From an uncultured virus (IMG/VR IMGVR_UViG_3300011223_000001) (lineage: Duplodnaviria; Heunggongvirae; Uroviricota; Caudoviricetes), in the IMG/VR virus record IMGVR_UViG_3300011223_000001, positions 62,001-126,000 of that record: a stretch of DNA of 64,000 nucleotides, one strand, 5' to 3'. How positions within the stretch are numbered: position 1 is the stretch's first letter; every line of letters starts with the position of its first letter. This document shows, in pieces, positions 58,048 to 64,000 of the stretch. The notes under the pieces were generated by a model. It was not told the origin of the DNA and did not search any database. It worked only from the letters and a program-made list of their open reading frames with translations. Made by a program: the position numbers and the translations under genes.

Positions 58048-58986
58048 TCAATCGTAATGCAGCAACAGATTGCCGCTAAGGGCCGTACAGCGTGTTTTGT
58101 CAAGACGCAGTACAACGAGCTTCCTTTTATCTTTACGCAGCGTATACGGCGAAATAGGTGGTCCTGAGTACAAGACTTCGAACTCTACCTGACCCAATCG
58201 GTTGTTGGTGCAGATGTTGTAGGGCGCAGGGGCATCTTGCAACACCCAGTCATGCCCTGTGGCCCGTTTGAGTACCGTACACAGGTGCGCCCCGGTTAGG
58301 CTGTTAGGGGCATTAAGTAGGGCAAGCAGGTCATACCGAAACGGCGTCATGTCCAAGGTGGCGGCGTAGACAAAGTCTGCGACCCGTCCAGTTTGCCCCA
58401 TGGGCTTGAACACCTCTGGTGAAGACGGGTTGGTGATGACACCACCCAATGGACGCTGTAGGTTGCTAACCAGCGTGACGTTAAGCGAACCTACCCAGCG
58501 CAAGCTTTCAGGTTTACTGACCAGCGTCACCACGCCGTACGCATTGACTTCTTTTTGCTCAAAGTCATCAATGTCAAACACCACACCCATGATCTGACCT
58601 AAGCGGGTAACGATTGCTTCGGTGGTGGTGGGTAGGCGCAACCCATCCACCTTAAGCGCTTTGGACACGGTCCTGAAGAACACATTGGGGTCAAGGCGTG
58701 TGTAGGTGTATTCCAGCACTTTGGGCAACGGGGGCAGTAGCTGGGCGCTAGAAGTCGAACGGTTGGTGTTGATGGTCACCCGGGGGGGGGAACCCCCCCA
58801 AGAATTCCAGTTTTTCCCGGGGGAGGGTTTCCGGGGGATGGTCACCCGGGTGGCTAAGCCACCCAAGGATTCCAGTTTTGCCAGGGTGCAGGTTTCCGGG
58901 GTCAGATTCAAGTACGTACGATCCGAGATCATCGTAATGAGCCCTGCCCAAGAGTTCATGCCTAAATAGCGACGAACGTCAAACAT
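58048..58986 (-). CDS. virion structural protein (phiKZ gp127-like)
   Basis: YTRLD, SLRWVG, C..LSGNLLLHYD; contains a 66-bp degraded duplication. Confidence 0.78.
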   Translation of the reverse strand: MFDVRRYLGMNSWAGLITMISDRTYLNLTPETCTLAKLESLGGLATRVTIPRKPSPGKNWNSWGGSPPRVTINTNRSTSSAQLLPPLPKVLEYTYTRLDPNVFFRTVSKALKVDGLRLPTTTEAIVTRLGQIMGVVFDIDDFEQKEVNAYGVVTLVSKPESLRWVGSLNVTLVSNLQRPLGGVITNPSSPEVFKPMGQTGRVADFVYAATLDMTPFRYDLLALLNAPNSLTGAHLCTVLKRATGHDWVLQDAPAPYNICTNNRLGQVEFEVLYSGPPISPYTLRKDKRKLVVLRLDKTRCTALSGNLLLHYD

Positions 58987-59001
58987 TTACCTATCCTTCG
59001 C

Positions 59002-61158
59002 TTATGGCCAGTTGGGGTCAGTGGAAGGCTTGTACTGATCCATCTGGCCGTTTTCAATGGGGGTGTTATCAAAGACAAGGCTAAACCCGCGGATACTCAC
59101 CCCTGAGGTATCAATGCGGTAATGCCCTGCCATGTCGAACCGTTCACGCATGTCCACCATGGGGTTGTAATGGTAAGCCACTTTAGACTCAAGCCCATAT
59201 TTGATCTCAGGGTCGATGACATCAGCCGGCAAGCTGAATTTAACCCCGGTCTCAACATGCACATGCCGGACGGTGAAGTCGTCGATGGCAAAGCGTTTGG
59301 TGTCGGTGATTTCTGCCCAGTGATCACCAAACCGGGTGTCCAGCAACCCGAGCACCGTGAAGTCCGTAAAGGCCACGTTGCTTAGGAACTGAAGGGGGTA
59401 GGAACTTAATCCGGCGATCAACCGCAACAGTTCACGTTGTACCTCACCCAATGTCACGATCTTGACCAAGTTCGAACCGGTGGCGATGTTGATGGTGTCT
59501 GTCAGCAGCTGCTCCAATTCCAATACGTCAAGGTCAGCCAGATCAAACTGACTGTCTTTAAAGTACTGTTCAAAGGACAGCTGTTCCTGAATCAACGGAC
59601 ACCGCACGTGCATGAAATGTCGACGCACCACTTGTTCGGCATACGCCCGGCTTCGGTGGTGTTCTTGGAAACTGTAAAGTTCCCACAGCTTCAAGTACTC
59701 TTTGTGCAACTGCGCACAGTCAAGGTAGAAGCGTTCGGTGGAGATGTACTCGGTCATGGGAGTGATGCGGTCCATCACCGCCTCGATCATCCCTTCACGC
59801 AAACCTCCTTTAGGCACGATGGCTTGCAACTCATCAAACGTTGGCAGAGGCGAGCGCAAGACGTCGTAGGCATGCAGCACTGGGATCTGCTTGAAGTCAT
59901 ACCCGTAGATACGCCCTACCGCGTAGATTGCCACGATCAGTGCATCCTTAACCGTCATGGACAGGTATTCACCGCTGCGAGGGTGTGGGATGGACACGTA
60001 TGCCCGGTAACGACTGCGCGAGGCCAAGTAGACCCAGTGGTTGAGCAAGACGTTAAAGAGGTTTCGGATCGAGGAGTTACTGCGGTCGATAACCTCGGAA
60101 TCAAAGACCTTCGTGGGCATGCTGGAGAAACCCGACATCTTGACCTTCTCGTGGATCTCCTGCTCGGCATCGAACATCACTTTGGCGTTGTCACGTGCAA
60201 GCGGGATCTCACGATCCAGAATATTGGCCACCGTGGTTTTTTCATTGCCTGGGGCAATGCTGCGCAAGTTGATATCGTGCTTGATCATCTCCACTTTGGA
60301 GTAGAGCTCTTCAGGCATTTCTTCAGTATTCTGGTTGAGGGTATACTGAATCAGTGGGATACCACGAGGTGTCAGTAGCTTGTCCACCAGCCGGTCCAAG
60401 ATCTCTTGGCGGCCTGGGTTCTGTTTGATGAACCAGATGTTGCGGTACAGCCACAATTGCTGTGGTTTGATCAAGTACGGCATATACTGGTCCAGGCGAC
60501 CGTGCGACGCCAAGTGCTCACGGATGTGGAAGCTGTGGGCTCGCCGGGTCATGCAGTTGCGCCAGCGAATGTTTTCGATTGCCTTGAACATGGCCAGGTA
60601 AAGCTGCCCGATGTAATGCTGCAAGTAAAGATCGTCAGTCAGCAGGTACCCTTCGTTGAACCAGCGCAGTTGGTAGGCGTGTACCCAACGTTGTAGTTCG
60701 CGGATCAGATTGTCTTCTGGACCCTCTACCAGCGAAGTATCGTAGTACAGTATGTCTCCATTATTTGAGTTTATGGCGGTTTGAATAGGCACTGGCGCAA
60801 TGATGCCATTGATCAGGTCAGCCTGGGTCGGGTACTTATTGACCAGGTTGGTATAGACCACTGTCCCGTATTTGTATTCGAGCGCGGTCGCCCGGTGGTA
60901 GCGCAAGTTAGCCGCGGTGAAGTCGATCATCTCACGCGTATCCATCGAACGCACACGCATCATCTGATCCGAACTGTGGTAAGCCCCTGAAAGGTTCAGG
61001 TAATACTTCCACGTTTTTGGGTCTTCAAAGTTGACCGGAATGTTTCGGCTGATAAGGTCGGCGTTGATGACATCAGCCACGTGACTGGATTTGATTACGA
61101 TCGATCTGACCAGCCGAAAAATATCGTTTCGAAACGTAATGTAATTGAACTGACTCAT
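59002..61158 (-). CDS. virion structural/baseplate protein (phiKZ gp128-like)
   Basis: P.TWKYYLNLSG.YH..D..M...S.DT, HSFHI...L.SHG, LWLYRNI, PTKV.DS. Confidence 0.85.
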   Translation of the reverse strand: MSQFNYITFRNDIFRLVRSIVIKSSHVADVINADLISRNIPVNFEDPKTWKYYLNLSGAYHSSDQMMRVRSMDTREMIDFTAANLRYHRATALEYKYGTVVYTNLVNKYPTQADLINGIIAPVPIQTAINSNNGDILYYDTSLVEGPEDNLIRELQRWVHAYQLRWFNEGYLLTDDLYLQHYIGQLYLAMFKAIENIRWRNCMTRRAHSFHIREHLASHGRLDQYMPYLIKPQQLWLYRNIWFIKQNPGRQEILDRLVDKLLTPRGIPLIQYTLNQNTEEMPEELYSKVEMIKHDINLRSIAPGNEKTTVANILDREIPLARDNAKVMFDAEQEIHEKVKMSGFSSMPTKVFDSEVIDRSNSSIRNLFNVLLNHWVYLASRSRYRAYVSIPHPRSGEYLSMTVKDALIVAIYAVGRIYGYDFKQIPVLHAYDVLRSPLPTFDELQAIVPKGGLREGMIEAVMDRITPMTEYISTERFYLDCAQLHKEYLKLWELYSFQEHHRSRAYAEQVVRRHFMHVRCPLIQEQLSFEQYFKDSQFDLADLDVLELEQLLTDTINIATGSNLVKIVTLGEVQRELLRLIAGLSSYPLQFLSNVAFTDFTVLGLLDTRFGDHWAEITDTKRFAIDDFTVRHVHVETGVKFSLPADVIDPEIKYGLESKVAYHYNPMVDMRERFDMAGHYRIDTSGVSIRGFSLVFDNTPIENGQMDQYKPSTDPNWP

Positions 61159-61184
61159 GTCTTTATCCGTAAGAGGTGATACAA

Positions 61185-63899
61185 GTGAATGACCGCTACC
61201 CACGCGTCCAGGCATCAACACCCTTGGGTGATGCCAACCGGTCGGTGTTGAGCAAGCTGGTAAAAGAACCGAGTGCCCCTGGAGCACAGAACGTTAACCG
61301 GCATTATGTACTCACCGATCCGTTGTCGATGGGCCGCATCTCTCGACATACGGCCCAAAACATCGTCGACTCCGATGCCATCATGCAAGTGCTCCCCGAG
61401 ATGGAGCATGTCGTGCAGATCCTGGTGGGCACTATTCTCAACCCCAAGGACATGTCCAACACCGAGTTGAACATTGCCGTGGACGATACCTTCAACAGCG
61501 AGCTGTCTCGCGGCTTTCTGGAGGTGGTCGGTGACTACTTCAAGAAGGACTATAAAATGGGGGATCGACTGGAAAAAGTTTTGGAAGATATTGTGGCCCG
61601 TAAAGGGGCTTACATCCAAGCCATCATTCCAGAAAATGCCCTCGATTTGATCATCAACGGCGTGCGCAATATCTCAACTGAAGATTTTGATCGGTACCGT
61701 AAAAAGTTCGATCAAGGCCAGCCACTGGGGATCTTGGGCGTGGGGCATGTGCCTGAGGCATTTAAGAACTACAACCCTGAAACGATCTCGATCGAAAGCT
61801 TTGGTGCAGACATCCAAGCCAGATTGATGACGGTCGGTTTCAGCGATTCGGGGTTGTTGGTAACCGACAACTACCACCAGCTTAAGACCCATACCCAAAA
61901 CCGCGTGCGTTCGCGCTCACGGGTCAACTCGTTGATTCGCCGTGAATCGGTTTCCTTGGAGCAGTCGGCGGGTTTGGTCAATGGCCTGACGCCCAATCAG
62001 GTCGAAGAACTCTACCGCCGGGGTCAAGCTCCGTTCCAGCAGAGCATCATCATCGACAAACCCGGCTTCATGGAACGTCCTTCTGTCGGCCATCCGCTGG
62101 TACTGGACCTTGACCCAACCGCCGTGGTGCCAGTCTTTCCGCCAGGACGCCCGTATGAGCAGGTCGGTTTCTTTGTGCTGGTAGACATGTATGGCCGTCC
62201 CGTGTCGACGGACCATTCCTCTGACTACTACAACGAGCTGCGTAACGACTTCGATAAGCGTTACGGTCAGACCGACAACTCCTCTGAACTGCTGCGCATC
62301 ACCCGTGAAGCCATGGGGGGTGGTGATACGCAGAGCAAGGCGGAGATCGAACAGATCCACATGTCGTACAACAGCATCATGGAAGCCGACCTTAAGAAAC
62401 GTCTGGCCAATGGTGCGTACCGTGAGGAGTTTGAACTCGGGTTCTCCGAAGAGATCAAACGCATCATGTTCAGCCGTCACCTCAAACAACAGAACACCCG
62501 CATGATCTACGTGCCGGCTGAACTGATGGTGTACTCGGCGTTCTACTACGACATCAACGGGGTGGGGCAGTCGTTCCTGGCTCGCTCTAAAGTGCTTGCC
62601 AACATGCGTTCGGTGCTGCTGTTTGCCGAAACCATGGCGGGCGTACGCAATGCCGTCGGTCGTAAGAAGGTCAACATCAACCTTGACCCTAACGATCCGG
62701 ATAAAGTTGCTACGATCTCTGATATGCAACAACTGATCTTGGAATCAGGACGCCGTGGTTTCCCACTGGGTGCACCTGATCCTGGAAACATCATCGACTA
62801 CCTCAACCGTGCAGGCTATGACTTTGGCATCAATGCCAACGGTGCTGAAGACTTCACGCAGATGTCGGTTGATTACGACGACTACAACACCAACATTCAG
62901 GCCGGTAACCCCGAACTGCAAGACCGCCTGCGTAAGATGCACATCGCCTCGATGTCGGTGCCGCCTGAAAAGGCCGACCCTGAAAACGGGGCTGAGTTTG
63001 CGACCAGTATCGTGCACAACGATCTGCTGTTCGCCCGCCGGGTGAAGTCCATGCAAAAGGCATTCACCGACAGTTTGAGTAAGTTCGTACGGGTATACAC
63101 CCTGAACTCCTCGATCTTGGTCAACAAACTCCTTGACCACCTCAAAGACAACCCCAACATGATACCCGGTGAGTACAGCAATGAAGCCGGTATGGTGTTG
63201 ATCGAAGACTTCATCAACTCACTGCACGTAAAACTGCCTGAGCCAGATACCAGCCGCACCACGCTGATGCTCGAGATGCTCGAACAACACAGCCAGCTGC
63301 TGGACAAAGTGCTGGAGTCGTACATCACAACCGACCTGTTCCCCGAGGAATACCTCATCAAGGGTGGTTCGGTCGAGAAGGCCATCGTGGCCATCAAGGC
63401 GCACTTCATGCGCCTGTTTATCCAAGACAACAACATCCTTCCCCAAGTCGCTGTGCTTTACGAGATGGAAGAAGGCAAGCCAGTCTTCAACCTCTTCGAC
63501 ACACAGAAGGTTGCGTTCGAATCACTCGGCACTGTTATCCAAGACTACATCCACGGCATGGAAGAAAACCGCGAAGCCTGGTCCACCAAGTTCGTTAACA
63601 AAGCAACGGGCATGGACGGTGGCATGGGTGGTGATTCCTTCGGCGGGGACAGTATGGGCGGTACCGATGATTTCGGTGGCGATACTGATGCAGGCTTTGG
63701 CAGCGATGATGCAGGGTTCGGTACGGACAACGACTTGGCCGACGATGCACCACTCGACGACACTCAACCTGAAGACCAGGCTGCTGCTGACCTCCTCGGT
63801 GAGGGTGGTGAAACGCCCGGCGAAGAAGACGAACAAACAGACGATGCTTCGGAAACCGAACCGGGTTCTGACGATAACCAAGACGACAAACTGGTGTAA
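61185..63899 (+). CDS. portal protein (phiKZ gp129-like)
   Basis: About 900 aa, S.GHPLVL.L...AVVPV..PG.P...GFFVL.D..G.P, acidic C-terminal tail; AGAGGT RBS before GTG 61185. Confidence 0.83.
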   Translation: MNDRYPRVQASTPLGDANRSVLSKLVKEPSAPGAQNVNRHYVLTDPLSMGRISRHTAQNIVDSDAIMQVLPEMEHVVQILVGTILNPKDMSNTELNIAVDDTFNSELSRGFLEVVGDYFKKDYKMGDRLEKVLEDIVARKGAYIQAIIPENALDLIINGVRNISTEDFDRYRKKFDQGQPLGILGVGHVPEAFKNYNPETISIESFGADIQARLMTVGFSDSGLLVTDNYHQLKTHTQNRVRSRSRVNSLIRRESVSLEQSAGLVNGLTPNQVEELYRRGQAPFQQSIIIDKPGFMERPSVGHPLVLDLDPTAVVPVFPPGRPYEQVGFFVLVDMYGRPVSTDHSSDYYNELRNDFDKRYGQTDNSSELLRITREAMGGGDTQSKAEIEQIHMSYNSIMEADLKKRLANGAYREEFELGFSEEIKRIMFSRHLKQQNTRMIYVPAELMVYSAFYYDINGVGQSFLARSKVLANMRSVLLFAETMAGVRNAVGRKKVNINLDPNDPDKVATISDMQQLILESGRRGFPLGAPDPGNIIDYLNRAGYDFGINANGAEDFTQMSVDYDDYNTNIQAGNPELQDRLRKMHIASMSVPPEKADPENGAEFATSIVHNDLLFARRVKSMQKAFTDSLSKFVRVYTLNSSILVNKLLDHLKDNPNMIPGEYSNEAGMVLIEDFINSLHVKLPEPDTSRTTLMLEMLEQHSQLLDKVLESYITTDLFPEEYLIKGGSVEKAIVAIKAHFMRLFIQDNNILPQVAVLYEMEEGKPVFNLFDTQKVAFESLGTVIQDYIHGMEENREAWSTKFVNKATGMDGGMGGDSFGGDSMGGTDDFGGDTDAGFGSDDAGFGTDNDLADDAPLDDTQPEDQAAADLLGEGGETPGEEDEQTDDASETEPGSDDNQDDKLV

Positions 63900-63903
63900 A
63901 ACA

Positions 63904-63940
63904 CGACATATCGCCCGCCGTGATGGCGGGCGATATGTCG
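63904..63940. terminator. perfect CGACATA...TATGTCG inverted repeat
   Basis: CGACATATCGCCCGCC GTGAT GGCGGGCGATATGTCG. Confidence 0.85.
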
Positions 63941-64000
63941 TCACAAGACCAGTTCAAGTACAGGCTTGTACGTTATACTGGTTGTTTGACCGGTGGATAA
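63941..64000 (-). CDS. 3' end of next gene (partial)
   Basis: LSTGQTTSITYKPVLELVL* ending at the terminator. Confidence 0.55.
   Translation of the reverse strand, partial: LSTGQTTSITYKPVLELVL

Noticed and set aside
58771..58901. Homopolymer-rich 66-bp in-frame insertion that looks like a phase-variable or hypervariable tract
   Set aside because: It is a degraded tandem copy of 58837-58901 with bases smeared into G/C/T runs, typical of a low-quality read end built into the assembly
63610..63899. Gly/Asp-rich quasi-repeats at the portal 3' end
   Set aside because: Ordinary low-complexity acidic tail of jumbo phage portals
1..64000. CRISPR array, tRNA/rRNA genes, inteins, group I introns, genome-wide stop-codon reassignment
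   Set aside because: No regularly spaced repeats or cloverleafs seen; RNAP, helicase and polymerase genes are uninterrupted; TAA, TGA and TAG all end ordinary genes

Overview
This window is part of a phiKZ-like (Chimalliviridae-type, nucleus-forming) jumbo phage genome. The host is most likely Pseudomonas, based on a near-identical AmrZ DNA-binding domain. Gene order follows the phiKZ gp71-73 to gp130 block: non-virion RNAP subunits, SF2 helicase, virion RNAP beta' piece, the exonuclease/motif-A half of the split family-B DNA polymerase, baseplate and inner-head proteins with S-X-E protease sites, an early accessory island (about 38.1-44.7 kb), DnaB helicase, major capsid protein and portal. 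phiKZ gp numbers are assigned from remembered motifs and synteny, not from a search. The most notable signals are translational recoding candidates. (1) A -1 slippery site G TTT TTC joins the gp77- and gp76-like ORFs in a tail-assembly-chaperone G/GT pattern. (2) A dnaX-type A AAA AAG at the end of the DNA polymerase gene would fuse a start-less NADAR-like domain onto the polymerase. (3) UGA readthrough of the major capsid gene would add a 26-aa RLLEDG/RVTEGG tail. (4) A gp87-like baseplate gene is frameshifted, which may be an assembly error. Also seen: a phage AmrZ, a stand-alone IF2-N-like protein, a macrodomain, a MazG-like protein, an RNAP-beta-derived peptide, and a family of CGRCATA...TATGYCG intergenic hairpins. 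The assembly is imperfect, with an N gap and one degraded duplication.
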